Shown: positions 8,776 to 18,675 of the stretch, one piece after another
Position numbering within the stretch: the first letter of the stretch is position 1
Layout of the letters: every line of letters begins with the position of its first letter
IMG/VR virus record: IMGVR_UViG_3300009184_000029
Coordinates: 62,001 to 126,000 of that record
DNA: 64,000 bases
Reading direction: 5' to 3' (one strand)
The notes under the pieces: model-generated
The model's database searches: none
The model's input: only the letters and a program-made list of their open reading frames with translations
Told to the model about the DNA's origin: nothing
Translations under genes and position numbers: made by a program

Positions 8776-10605
8776 ATGCAAGACCAACAAAATAATAATT
8801 TGACAGTATGGCAGAAATTATCTTCGGTTTTTGGGCCAAATTCCCTAATGAACCAAGATTTTCCTACTTTTAAGTTCGATAAAAAAGAACTTTTAAAGAC
8901 TACGTCAAAACAGGAATATGAAAAAGAGAAATTACAAGCTCAACAAACATTTTATTTAGCCAACCAATGGCAAAAAATTGAGAGTAATTTATACACTCAG
9001 GCCACTTATTACGAACCAACTAGATTATCGGCATTTTATGATTATGAATCTATGGAGTTCACACCTGAAATTTCGGCAGCTTTGGATATATATGCCGAAG
9101 AGTCAACTACTCTAAATCAAGATGGATACATGATGCAGATTTATTCAGAGTCAAAAAGAATAAAATCTATACTTGTTGATTTATTTGAGAATGTTTTAGA
9201 TATAAACACTAACTTACCGATGTGGACAAGAAATACTTGTAAATACGGTGATAACTTTGTTTATTTAAAATTAGACCCTGAGAAAGGAATCATTGGAGTC
9301 AACCAATTACCAATCATTGAAATTGAGAGATTGGAAAGAGGAATGATGGCCAAAACCACAGAAGCGTCTCAAGATGTTGAAAAGAAACATATGAAGTTTA
9401 CATGGAAGCACAAAAGTATGGAATTTAATACTTGGGAAGTGGCGCATTTTAGATTACTTGGGGACGATAGAAGATTACCGTATGGAACATCTATGCTTGA
9501 GAAGGCAAGACGTATTTGGAAACAATTATTATTGTCAGAAGACGCGATGTTAATTTATAGAACATCAAGAGCTCCTGAAAGAAGGGTATTTAAGATATTT
9601 GTTGGAAATATGGATGACAAAGACGTTGAACCATATGTACAAAGGGTTGCCAACAAATTTAAAAGGTCTCAAGTTGTTGATGAAAAGACAGGTAATGTTG
9701 ATATGAGATTTAATCAAATGGCGGTAGACCAAGATTATTTTGTACCTGTTAGAGACCCGGCACAAACAATGCCGATTGATACTTTACCTGGTGCAACTAA
9801 CTTATCTGAAATTGCGGATATTGAATATATTCAGAAAAAATTAGTTACCGCTTTAAGAGTACCTAAAACATTTTTGGGATTTGAAGAAGCAATTGCTGAG
9901 GGAAAAGGATTGGCTTTACAAGATATAAGATTTGCAAGAACAATTAATAGGATACAAAAAAGTATGTTGCAAGAATTAAATAAAATTGCAATTGTACATT
10001 TATTCTTATTAGGATTTGAAGATGAATTAACCAACTTCAAACTATCACTAACAAATCCATCTACACAAGCTGATTTATTAAAAATTGATGTTTGGAAAGA
10101 GAAAGTTCTTTTATATAAAGATTTAACTGCTGACCCTGGAAGTGGTATTGCACCTGTTTCAGTTTCGTGGGCGAAGAAACATATTTTAGGATTTTCTGAT
10201 GATGAAATTAAGTTGGATTTACAACAACAAAGAATTGAACGAGCTGTCGGTGAGGAGTTAAAGAAAACTCAGGAAGTTATTAAGAGTACTGGATTATTTG
10301 ATAATATTGATAAACTTTATTCTGATAAAAAAGAAAAAGGTGACGATGGAGGTGAAGGTTCAGGAGGTTCTGAAACATCAGAACCACCAATGGGAGGAGG
10401 AGAAAGTACACCACCACCGGCTGAAGGAGGAGGGGGAGAACCTGAAGGTACACCACCACCAATTACAAGTTCAATAGATGATAGAAAAAGTAAATTAGTC
10501 ATCGAGAATCACATAAATAGAGAAGATGAAATTTACTTATCTGAACAAGCAAATAATCTATTTGCTCAAATGGATGAAAAAATAGAAAACTTACTTAAAC
10601 TATAA
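8776..10605 (+). CDS. portal protein (T4 gp20-like)
   Basis: PEISAALDIYAEES, EDAMLIYRTSRAPERRVFKIFVGN, DYFVPVR, IDTLPGATNL..I.DIEY..KKL..ALRVP. Confidence 0.95.
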   Translation: MQDQQNNNLTVWQKLSSVFGPNSLMNQDFPTFKFDKKELLKTTSKQEYEKEKLQAQQTFYLANQWQKIESNLYTQATYYEPTRLSAFYDYESMEFTPEISAALDIYAEESTTLNQDGYMMQIYSESKRIKSILVDLFENVLDINTNLPMWTRNTCKYGDNFVYLKLDPEKGIIGVNQLPIIEIERLERGMMAKTTEASQDVEKKHMKFTWKHKSMEFNTWEVAHFRLLGDDRRLPYGTSMLEKARRIWKQLLLSEDAMLIYRTSRAPERRVFKIFVGNMDDKDVEPYVQRVANKFKRSQVVDEKTGNVDMRFNQMAVDQDYFVPVRDPAQTMPIDTLPGATNLSEIADIEYIQKKLVTALRVPKTFLGFEEAIAEGKGLALQDIRFARTINRIQKSMLQELNKIAIVHLFLLGFEDELTNFKLSLTNPSTQADLLKIDVWKEKVLLYKDLTADPGSGIAPVSVSWAKKHILGFSDDEIKLDLQQQRIERAVGEELKKTQEVIKSTGLFDNIDKLYSDKKEKGDDGGEGSGGSETSEPPMGGGESTPPPAEGGGGEPEGTPPPITSSIDDRKSKLVIENHINREDEIYLSEQANNLFAQMDEKIENLLKL

Positions 10606-10613
10606 TATTTATT
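10606..10613 (+). promoter_or_regulatory. TATTTATT upstream motif
   Basis: Variant motif 15 nt before ATG at 10629. Confidence 0.5.
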
Positions 10614-10628
10614 AATAAAATAATAATT

Positions 10629-11342
10629 ATGAAATTTGGAATTTTAAAAACCGCTATTGAGAATAAAATGGTAAATTCATTTGCAAAAAATGAACTTACT
10701 GAAAATTTCAAAACGTTTAGGAAAACAATATTAGGTAATAGTAAATTAAAAAAACTATATTTTATATACGATAAACTTAACGAAAATTTAGGTGTTGACC
10801 AAACAACTGCAAGTATAATTTTAGAAGAGTTATCAAATGAGATTAAATCAATTAAATTGACTGAATCTGAAATTACTAAAATAAAGAAATGGGTTGGTAA
10901 CAGTTTAAATGAGAATAATTACTCAGATATTGATAACTATTTACACACAACATTAAGTGAGATTGAAAAAAAATCAGAATCTAAAATTAAAATTTTAGAA
11001 AACTTACAAAAAACTAAAAAAGTAATCTCTGAATCTAAATTACCTATCTCTTCTTTATTGAAAATTGCTAATAATAATGCTAATGAATTTTTGAAAAATT
11101 TAAGTGAAGGTGATAAAAAAGAAGTAATGTCACTTTTAAAAGAATCTGATACTGATATTAAAGAAAAATTTGAATCCTTAAAAACCGAGGCGACTGAAAA
11201 ATTAAATTCAATAATGAATGAATCTACTGACGAAAATTTAAAACAAACTATTAATGAAACTATAAAGAGTATCCAAAACAAAAAACCATCTACTGTTGAA
11301 CTTATTAAACTAAAAGAACTTTATAATAATATTTTACTTTAA
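10629..11342 (+). CDS. helical hypothetical protein, probable prohead-associated
   Basis: 237-aa ORF between portal and protease, many (L/I)xE motifs. Confidence 0.6.
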   Translation: MKFGILKTAIENKMVNSFAKNELTENFKTFRKTILGNSKLKKLYFIYDKLNENLGVDQTTASIILEELSNEIKSIKLTESEITKIKKWVGNSLNENNYSDIDNYLHTTLSEIEKKSESKIKILENLQKTKKVISESKLPISSLLKIANNNANEFLKNLSEGDKKEVMSLLKESDTDIKEKFESLKTEATEKLNSIMNESTDENLKQTINETIKSIQNKKPSTVELIKLKELYNNILL

Positions 11343-11367
11343 TTTTACATTTTATTTTTAAACAATT

Positions 11368-11394
11368 AAATCCCTGAATAAGGGATTTTTTTTT
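11368..11394 (+). terminator. intrinsic terminator
   Basis: AAATCCCT-gaata-AGGGATTT followed by a T run. Confidence 0.82.
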
Positions 11395-11453
11395 GACTTA
11401 AACATTATTTTTTCATAGATTTTATAAAAATAAACATGTTATGAAAATGTATA

Positions 11454-11903
11454 ATGAAAAAAGGGAAGTCGTGTGTTGTTAAGGGATATAAAAATTTTAA
11501 AGTTAATTACGGAACAGTAGATTCAAAAAGTTTTAAGTCAATTTATATAAACGTTCAGTCTTGGGTTTCACCCAAAAACTATGATGAGAGATGGGAAAGA
11601 GTTGTCTCAAATTTTAATAGAGAAATAAAACAAACAATTTCAGGTACATTAAATAATGATTTGTTTTCAAACAAATTCATGACTGATTTAGATTTAAGAT
11701 ACAGTGGTATTGAGTATGGTAAAAAATCATTTATGAATTTTGAGGTCACTTTATTTATTAATACGAATATAGATTTTAAATCTGAAGTTATAAAAACGGA
11801 GGTTAAAAAAATTGTAAACTCTGTAAATAAAGAAAATTTCTTACCTAATAAGAATTTTAGTTTTAGTCTTAAAAAAACAGTTTTAGAAAAGGTTTTAAAT
11901 TAA
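11454..11903 (+). CDS. hypothetical protein
   Basis: 149-aa ORF; possible TTGACT-N17-TAGATT promoter at 11393-11421. Confidence 0.75.
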   Translation: MKKGKSCVVKGYKNFKVNYGTVDSKSFKSIYINVQSWVSPKNYDERWERVVSNFNREIKQTISGTLNNDLFSNKFMTDLDLRYSGIEYGKKSFMNFEVTLFINTNIDFKSEVIKTEVKKIVNSVNKENFLPNKNFSFSLKKTVLEKVLN

Positions 11904-11917
11904 TCTGATTTGCATAA

Positions 11918-11925
11918 TATTTATA
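11918..11925 (+). promoter_or_regulatory. TATTTATA upstream motif
   Basis: Exact motif 14 nt before ATG at 11940; supports this start over the TTG at 11910. Confidence 0.55.
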
Positions 11926-11939
11926 AAATAAAAAATACT

Positions 11940-12659
11940 ATGCAAAATTATAAAATATTAGGACCCAAAGATACAGGTAAAGGGATTCTGATTGAGTGGG
12001 ATGCGGGTTATATATCACCTAGAGACGTTAACAATTCAAAATTTTTAAATGAAAATATAAATCCAGCAGATTATTCTAAACCATATGAATTTTATGCGGT
12101 TTTACAAAAATATAATGTACCAAATAGAAATGGTAGAATATATCCTGAAAGAGTATTAAAGAGAGAATCTGAAAATTATAAAAAGAATTACATCAATAAA
12201 GGTGTTGCTCTATCTGAGTTAAATCACCCTGAGTCATCTTTAATTGACTTAGATAGGGTCTCACATATCATTACAGACGTTTGGTGGGACACTAATGTAT
12301 TACTTGGTAAGATTAAATTATTAACTTCACCAGGGTATCATGAAAGAGGAATAGTATCAACCAAGGGTGACCAAGCGGCTAATTTGTTAAGACAAGGGGT
12401 AACATTAGGAATATCTTCAAGAGGAGTTGGGTCATTAAAAAAAGTGGGAGACCAAAACGAAGTTCAGGACGATTTTGAATTAATTTGTTTTGACTTGGTA
12501 TCCTCACCATCAACACCCGGAGCGTATCTGTTTAAAGAACCTGAAGAAAGATTTAATTTTGAAGAGAATATTAAAGAAGAGGAAGATACTCGTATAAAAA
12601 GAATGGGAAGTAAATCTTTATCTATGATGGATAAATTAACTTCATATTTAAATAAATAA
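11940..12659 (+). CDS. prohead core maturation protease (T4 gp21-like)
   Basis: NRNGRIYP, SELNHPE (His), LGISSRGVGS (Ser), FDLVSSPSTPGAY. Confidence 0.93.
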   Translation: MQNYKILGPKDTGKGILIEWDAGYISPRDVNNSKFLNENINPADYSKPYEFYAVLQKYNVPNRNGRIYPERVLKRESENYKKNYINKGVALSELNHPESSLIDLDRVSHIITDVWWDTNVLLGKIKLLTSPGYHERGIVSTKGDQAANLLRQGVTLGISSRGVGSLKKVGDQNEVQDDFELICFDLVSSPSTPGAYLFKEPEERFNFEENIKEEEDTRIKRMGSKSLSMMDKLTSYLNK

Positions 12660-12707
12660 TTTTCTTTACATTAACGTTTTTTTTTATCATATTTAGAAAA
12701 AAAAACT

Positions 12708-12923
12708 ATGGAAATGGACGAAAAATATTTTGTGGCTAAAATCCAATACGATTTGCCAGATGAGAACTCAGGAAAAATTAAAAAAGTAAGAGAAGAAAAA
12801 CTTGTTAAGGGTTATAATGTTACTGATGTTGAAGCTAAGGTAACTAAAGCCTATGAATCATTTAGTTATGATTGGAGAATCACTTCAGTTGCTGAAAGTA
12901 AAATTGACGAAGTATTTGACTGA
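12708..12923 (+). CDS. small protein, DUF4494-like
   Basis: YFVAKIQYD...GKIKKVREEKLVKGYNVTDVEAKV resembles the recalled Bacteroidota-associated DUF4494 pattern. Confidence 0.55.
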   Translation: MEMDEKYFVAKIQYDLPDENSGKIKKVREEKLVKGYNVTDVEAKVTKAYESFSYDWRITSVAESKIDEVFD

Positions 12924-12945
12924 GATTATTTTAAATAAATAAAAT

Positions 12946-12975
12946 AAAAAGGGGGGGGGGTTACCCCCTTTTTTT
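12946..12975 (+). terminator. intrinsic terminator containing a G10 tract
   Basis: AAAAA-G10-TTA-CCCCC-TTTTTTT after the stop at 12923. Confidence 0.75.
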
Positions 12976-13016
12976 ATTATGGGAATAAAAAAAATAGTTT
13001 TTTTTATTAATCTACA

Positions 13017-13024
13017 TATTTATT
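13017..13024 (+). promoter_or_regulatory. TATTTATT upstream motif
   Basis: Variant motif 16 nt before scaffold ATG, after a terminator. Confidence 0.55.
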
Positions 13025-13040
13025 TAGAAACAAACAATTA

Positions 13041-14546
13041 ATGGCAACAAAAAATTTAGTTGAAGATGCTTTAATCCAAATCAAGAATTTGGAAGAAGTA
13101 ATTAATGAAAACGCAAAAGAAATACTTCAATCTACCATGAAAGAAGAAATTAGCGAATTAGTAAAAGAGTCTATTAAAGAGGCTGATGAAGACGAGAAGG
13201 ACGAAGCTCCGGATGATGATGAATTAGAAATCGAAGACGAAGTCGAGGTTGATGATTTAGATTCTGACGAGAATGACGACCAAGATGGTATGGAATTCGG
13301 TGGAGGTATGGATTTCTCAAACGAGACACCTACAATCGATTTGACAAAAGGAGCAACAAATCAAGAAGTTGCCAATGTATTCAAAAGACTCAAGGACACA
13401 GATGAGGTTATTGTCGTTAGAGATGGTGACAATATTGACCTTACAGTTGGTGGTGAAGAGTATATCATTAAGTTAAATGAAGGTATGTACATGGATGAAG
13501 ACGAGGATGTAAATCCTGCGGATGACGCTATTCCTATGGAAGAAGAAGACGAATTCGACATGGAACTTACAGGTGACGAAGAATTAGAAGAAGATTTTGA
13601 TGATGAAGACATGGACCGAGAGGAAATGTATAGAAGAATCTTTGCCGAAATGGACGAAACCGAAGAAGATGATACTGAAACCGTTTATGAATTAGAAATG
13701 GACGGAGAAGAGTTACCATCAGGTGATGAATCACTTGAGGAAGATTTTGAAGACATGAATCTTGATAACATGAATTATGATGATGTTGCATCTGATGTTG
13801 CATCTTATGAAGATGAAGAATCTGATGAAGAATTCGAAGAAGGTTGGATGAATGAGGCTCGTAAAACAAACAAGAAAACTATGAAACCTGTAGGAAGAGG
13901 AACGGGTAAACCCAAATTCGAATACAAGAAGACAACTGGCGGATTTAAAGAAAAAATGAAGCAAGGAACTAAAGGTGTTGGAATGGGTAAAGCCAAATTT
14001 GAATACAAGGAATCAGATAACAAAATGAAAAAAGTTGAGACAAAAGAAGCGGCTCGTACTTATGGTTATGGTTCAAAAGATAAAAGTCGTGGATTGAGAA
14101 AAGGTATTACACCAAACAGAAATCTAACATTTGAATCTTATGAAAAATTGGTTGAAGAAATTTCTTCACTTAGACAAAAGAACGAAGAGTACAGAAAAGC
14201 TTTGAACTTGTTTAGAGAAAAATTAAATGAAGTGGCAATCTTTAATTCAAATTTAGCTTACGCTACAAGATTGTTTACTGAACATTCAACTTCAAAACAA
14301 GAAAAGATTAACATTTTGAGAAGATTCGACAGCGTTGATACAATCAAAGAATCTAAAAAATTGTACAAATTTATCAAAGAAGAACTTGATTCAAACAATG
14401 ATAAAGGAACAATTAACGAAGCATTCGATAGAGTTGTAAACGTTGAACCTCAAACTGGCTCAGCTGTGAATTTAATTGAATCAAAAACGTATGAGAATCC
14501 ACAATTCTTGAGAATGAAGGATTTGATGACAAAAATAATAAAATAA
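13041..14546 (+). CDS. prohead core scaffold protein (T4 gp22-like position)
   Basis: Very acidic, coiled-coil C-terminus, many (I/L)xE sites, between protease and MCP. Confidence 0.8.
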   Translation: MATKNLVEDALIQIKNLEEVINENAKEILQSTMKEEISELVKESIKEADEDEKDEAPDDDELEIEDEVEVDDLDSDENDDQDGMEFGGGMDFSNETPTIDLTKGATNQEVANVFKRLKDTDEVIVVRDGDNIDLTVGGEEYIIKLNEGMYMDEDEDVNPADDAIPMEEEDEFDMELTGDEELEEDFDDEDMDREEMYRRIFAEMDETEEDDTETVYELEMDGEELPSGDESLEEDFEDMNLDNMNYDDVASDVASYEDEESDEEFEEGWMNEARKTNKKTMKPVGRGTGKPKFEYKKTTGGFKEKMKQGTKGVGMGKAKFEYKESDNKMKKVETKEAARTYGYGSKDKSRGLRKGITPNRNLTFESYEKLVEEISSLRQKNEEYRKALNLFREKLNEVAIFNSNLAYATRLFTEHSTSKQEKINILRRFDSVDTIKESKKLYKFIKEELDSNNDKGTINEAFDRVVNVEPQTGSAVNLIESKTYENPQFLRMKDLMTKIIK

Positions 14547-14575
14547 ACTAAAAAATAATAAAAACCAAAAATAAA

Positions 14576-16378
14576 ATGGGAGCATTATTAGAAAGTGGAT
14601 TAGTTGGTAATATCGGTCTTAAGCACCTTAAAGTTATCAAGGAAGACACTATAAACAAATGGGACAAATTAGGGTTCCTAGAAGGTCTTAGAGGCCACCT
14701 AAAAGAAAATGTCGCTCAGTTGTATGAAAACCAAGCGTCACATTTGATTAACGAAGCTGCAACTACTGCTGACTCAGGTTCATTCGAAACTGTGGTATTC
14801 CCTATCATCAGACGTGTGTTCTCTAAATTGTTATCAAATGAAATCGTATCTGTACAAGCTATGAACTTACCAATCGGTAAATTGTTCTACTTCGTACCTC
14901 AAATCCAAGCGTATGATACTGCAAGTGGTGGAGCAAACCCTCACTACAAACCATATGGTGCACCAAGTGGTCCATCAACTCCTGGAGCTGGATATGATAA
15001 CAATTCAAAAAACCTTTATGACAGATTCTACGAAGGTGGTGAACCAGCGTTAGACCCACCTGGATTGTTTGACTATTCTAAAGGAGCTTATACTGCAACA
15101 ACTGCAAGTATTGTAACTGCAGTATGGTCTGGTGGAGATTTAGTACAAAATAACGTTACAGCGTCAACAGAATATAGAAAAGTATTATTAATTATGTCAG
15201 GTTTCAGTCAAGACGGACCTGGTAAATTAATTGGTCCTGATGGTAATACTTTGGATAGTGAAACTTTCTTATCTGATTTACAAGTTAGAGCGGCTTCTAC
15301 AGGGGTATTTAGTGGACTTACTAATAGCGGACCATTATTGTTTAGAGTTGTTACTCAAAGATATGGTTATGGTATTGTTCAAGGTTTAAATACTGAAACA
15401 TTTACTACATGGCCAGCGGGTAATGGTGGAGCTTATGATAACATTTGTAACACTGCAGGAAAAATCTATTTGGAAGTTGACTTACAAATACCAGCATGTA
15501 TTTCATGTGGAGCATCAACTCCTGATGGTTACTCAGGTTTAACAACTTCCGTTGGTGCAGGTTCTGTGTTATCAGCAGGAAATCAATTCACAGCTACTTA
15601 TAGACTTTATAAGAACTTAGAATTTGAAGATGCTATCGGTGAAGTTTCTTTTGACCTTCAATCTGTAACAGTTTCTGTAACTGAAAGAAAGTTAAGAGCA
15701 CAATGGTCACCTGAATTAGCTCAAGACGTTGCGGCTTTCCACAACATTGATGCTGAAGCTGAATTAACAGCATTATTGTCTGAACAAGTTGCAGCTGAAA
15801 TTGACCGTGAAATCTTACGTGACTTACGTAAAGGTGCAGCTTGGACATTACGTTGGGATTACAACGGATGGAAGAGACTGAACAACCAAGCTACTCCATA
15901 CACTCAAAAAGACTGGAACCAAACTTTGATTACTGCGATTAACCAAATCTCAGCTCAAATTCACAAGTCTACTTTAAGAGGTGGAGCTAACTGGATTGTT
16001 GTATCTTCTGAAATCAGTGCGATTTTTGATGATTTGGAATACTTCCACGTATCAAATGCGGCTCCTGAGCAAGACCAATTTAACATGGGTATTGAAAGAG
16101 TTGGTACTTTGAGTGGTCGTTACCAAGTATACCGTGACCCATACTTCCCACCAAACACTGTGTTGATTGGTCACAAAGGTACATCTTTATTGGATACTGG
16201 TTACATCTACGCTCCATACGTACCTCTACAATTAACTCCAACTATGTATAACCCATTCAACTTCACACCTATCAAAGGTATCATGACACGTTACGCTAAG
16301 AAGATGGTTAACAACCGTTTCTATGGTCGTATCATAGTTGATGGAGTACGTACATTTGACTTAAATGAATTAAGATAA
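14576..16378 (+). CDS. major capsid protein (T4 gp23-like) with large insertion
   Basis: VFPIIRRVF..L..NEIVSVQAMNLP.G..FY; SRKLRAQWSPELAQD-like segment; IDAEAELT.LLSEQVAAEIDREI; GYIYAPYVPL; GIMTRYA. Confidence 0.97.
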   Translation: MGALLESGLVGNIGLKHLKVIKEDTINKWDKLGFLEGLRGHLKENVAQLYENQASHLINEAATTADSGSFETVVFPIIRRVFSKLLSNEIVSVQAMNLPIGKLFYFVPQIQAYDTASGGANPHYKPYGAPSGPSTPGAGYDNNSKNLYDRFYEGGEPALDPPGLFDYSKGAYTATTASIVTAVWSGGDLVQNNVTASTEYRKVLLIMSGFSQDGPGKLIGPDGNTLDSETFLSDLQVRAASTGVFSGLTNSGPLLFRVVTQRYGYGIVQGLNTETFTTWPAGNGGAYDNICNTAGKIYLEVDLQIPACISCGASTPDGYSGLTTSVGAGSVLSAGNQFTATYRLYKNLEFEDAIGEVSFDLQSVTVSVTERKLRAQWSPELAQDVAAFHNIDAEAELTALLSEQVAAEIDREILRDLRKGAAWTLRWDYNGWKRLNNQATPYTQKDWNQTLITAINQISAQIHKSTLRGGANWIVVSSEISAIFDDLEYFHVSNAAPEQDQFNMGIERVGTLSGRYQVYRDPYFPPNTVLIGHKGTSLLDTGYIYAPYVPLQLTPTMYNPFNFTPIKGIMTRYAKKMVNNRFYGRIIVDGVRTFDLNELR

Positions 16379-16396
16379 TATTTCTTAATGTGTATA

Positions 16397-16426
16397 AAAA
16401 AAGGTCAGAGAAATCTGACCTTTTTT
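16397..16426. terminator. bidirectional intrinsic terminator
   Basis: AAAAAAGGTCAGA-gaaa-TCTGACCTTTTTT between convergent MCP and 16435..16689. Confidence 0.9.
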
Positions 16427-16434
16427 ATTTTTAA

Positions 16435-16689
16435 TTAATCCATTGTTATTTTCCGTAAACACTTGGATAACAATTCTGACTCAACTATGGTAAACACTCC
16501 TTTAGAGTAAGCGTGTTTTATACCTTCCATAATTAATACAAATGATTGTTCTTTATTTACATTCTGAATAAATAAATCTAAATCTTTATCAGATGCGTAA
16601 CTTAAATAATTTAATAATGTTCCTTTTGGTTCAATACTTTTTAAGTCGTTTTGTAATTCTTCTATTTTACTTTTGTCTTGTTCTGTCAT
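16435..16689 (-). CDS. hypothetical protein
   Basis: 84-aa ORF ending at the shared terminator. Confidence 0.75.
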   Translation of the reverse strand: MTEQDKSKIEELQNDLKSIEPKGTLLNYLSYASDKDLDLFIQNVNKEQSFVLIMEGIKHAYSKGVFTIVESELLSKCLRKITMD

Positions 16690-16695
16690 ATCAGA

Positions 16696-16709
16696 TATTT
16701 ATATTTATA
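16696..16709 (+). promoter_or_regulatory. tandem overlapping TATTTATA motifs in a divergent intergenic region
   Basis: TATTTATATTTATA, 17 nt before ATG at 16727. Confidence 0.55.
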
Positions 16710-16726
16710 AAATGTATTAATTATTA

Positions 16727-17389
16727 ATGAAAAAGTCAAATTTAAATGAAACAACAGGTACTAGTGGTTCAGGAACTTACAGAGCACCTGTAAGACCTGG
16801 TTTTAGACTTTGGGATGGAGATACTTTAAAACCATTTACTGAAAAACTTAACGGGTATATGAACGCCGAAGTTTATGTTGATTCATTAGATGGTAATATT
16901 AATACTAAGGATGTTGAGGAAAAAGAAAGAAAGGCTAAAAAACTTTCAAAATTTGATAAAAAACATCCGGTTCAAAATGATGATGACGGAGACAATTTAA
17001 ATAATGATAATACTAAACCTGAGTTAATTAAAAGACTTTTTAAATCCAATGTAAACGAAGATTTAGCCGTTTGGTTCGGCACAAAGAAAAAACCGAAGGG
17101 TAGTAAACAACCTAAAGGACCATGGGTTAATATTTGTAAAAAAGATAAGAACGGTAAACATCCTCCATGTGGTAGACCCGAAGCGTCGGATAAAGCGTAT
17201 CCAAAATGTAGAGCTGCGGGTGTTGCTGGAAAAATGACTGATTCCGAAAAAAAATCAGCGTGTCAACAAAAAAGAAGGGCTGAAAAGAAAGACACCCAAG
17301 TAGGTAAAGGTCAAAAACCTGTAATGACATCATATAAACCTAAGAATGAATCATTTATTATTGAATTGATTAGAAAAAGTTTATTATGA
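16727..17389 (+). CDS. hypothetical protein with Cys-containing basic module
   Basis: EDLAVWF...GPWVNIC...PPCGR....YPKC; recalled from T4-like phage hypothetical proteins. Confidence 0.7.
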   Translation: MKKSNLNETTGTSGSGTYRAPVRPGFRLWDGDTLKPFTEKLNGYMNAEVYVDSLDGNINTKDVEEKERKAKKLSKFDKKHPVQNDDDGDNLNNDNTKPELIKRLFKSNVNEDLAVWFGTKKKPKGSKQPKGPWVNICKKDKNGKHPPCGRPEASDKAYPKCRAAGVAGKMTDSEKKSACQQKRRAEKKDTQVGKGQKPVMTSYKPKNESFIIELIRKSLL

Positions 17390-17772
17390 AAGTATCTGTA
17401 GTTTTTAAGAAAAAAGTAAATGAAAAAAAACAAAAAATAACAAATGACTTTATTAAGTTGTTACAAGAAATTATGCCATTAAAAAATGACATAACAATTC
17501 ATTTTTTGGATAAGAGAAAAGGAAACATGACAACAGGGTTAGAAGTTAACCGAGAAATATATACATTATATGGAAATCGTGTTTTAGTTGACGTATTAAG
17601 AACTTTGTGTCATGAGTGGACACATTGTTACCAAGAAGAGAATATAGATGAAAAAAAGGACGTTAACATCCCTGGTAAACCTCTTGAGAATATGTCAAAT
17701 GTAATTGCCGGAGCTATCATTAGATACTTTACAAAAAGTAACCCCGAAATCGGGGATTACTTATTCGAATGA
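17386..17772 (+). CDS. putative zincin-type metallopeptidase
   Basis: HExxH (TLCHEWTH) plus downstream E (PLENMSN) in 128 aa. Confidence 0.65.
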   Translation: MKVSVVFKKKVNEKKQKITNDFIKLLQEIMPLKNDITIHFLDKRKGNMTTGLEVNREIYTLYGNRVLVDVLRTLCHEWTHCYQEENIDEKKDVNIPGKPLENMSNVIAGAIIRYFTKSNPEIGDYLFE

Positions 17773-18204
17773 TTTAGTCTGAACAATATTATTATATATT
17801 GTTGATAAAGAATCTTTAATTTGAATATCCAAGTCTTTTTCCATTTTTAAAGCCCTTTCTTCCATTTCTTTCTTAAAGAAATCTTTTAATTTTACCCAAT
17901 CAATATCTGGAAGTTTAATAAAATAACTGTAAGTATGATTTGTTATAGTTACCTCACCCTCTTCCATTGTTATGAAAATTCCACAATTTTCATTTTTAAT
18001 ATATTTTTTACGAGAAATTGGAGCAATTAACAATTCCGAATTTGGGTCGTGAATTAATTGTCTACAAATAGCACTACATTGGTTAAATCGAGTTCTTTGG
18101 ATTTTTCTCAATTCATTGTTGTGTAGATTTCTAAGAAATATTTTGTATTTCGCAATTAGTTTTTTGAATGGTGACATATTTGTTTTTTTTACAAATATAT
18201 ACAC
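17761..18204 (-). CDS. hypothetical protein
   Basis: 147-aa ORF; convergent 12-nt overlap with the peptidase gene. Confidence 0.7.
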   Translation of the reverse strand: MYIFVKKTNMSPFKKLIAKYKIFLRNLHNNELRKIQRTRFNQCSAICRQLIHDPNSELLIAPISRKKYIKNENCGIFITMEEGEVTITNHTYSYFIKLPDIDWVKLKDFFKKEMEERALKMEKDLDIQIKDSLSTIYNNIVQTKSFE

Positions 18205-18671
18205 TATTTCTTAGAACCACAATAGGGAGGGGAACATTTTTTATTTCCATCTAAACCTTTTATTTTCCCTTTACAAACTTGGACTGCGTATCCATTAGCA
18301 TATGCACTTGGGTAGACTTTAAATTTTGATTTTGCCGCTGATTTACCACGAGAACATAGTTTAGTACCAGTTTTTTTACCTTCCATCATCATATCTTTAT
18401 CATCAATATTCATAGATAATTCCATACCATCTTTTTTAGTTTCATTCATTAGAAAATCAAACACTTGGTCTAAATTATTTTTAGATTCTGCGATATGGTC
18501 CTGAGCCCAATCATGACCGTTAGATAGAATATTTTCAATCATATCTCTGTCCATATCTAATAGAATATCACATTGCCTCCTCATTTGTTCTAAATTACTA
18601 AAAAACATATATCTTTCTTCTGTTTCTTTTAGAACCTTTTTTAATAAAAATTTTAAATTATTTGTATCCAT
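18204..18671 (-). CDS. hypothetical protein with C-terminal KFKVYPSAYANG module (DUF5872-like)
   Basis: KLCSRGKSAAKSKFKVYPSAYANGYAVQVCKG; family name recalled, not searched. Confidence 0.6.
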   Translation of the reverse strand: MDTNNLKFLLKKVLKETEERYMFFSNLEQMRRQCDILLDMDRDMIENILSNGHDWAQDHIAESKNNLDQVFDFLMNETKKDGMELSMNIDDKDMMMEGKKTGTKLCSRGKSAAKSKFKVYPSAYANGYAVQVCKGKIKGLDGNKKCSPPYCGSKK

Positions 18672-18675
18672 ATTA

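Noticed and set aside
17761-17772. Convergent 12-nt gene overlap without a terminator as an antisense control element
   Set aside because: Short tail-to-tail overlaps are common in compact phage genomes, and nothing else supports regulation.
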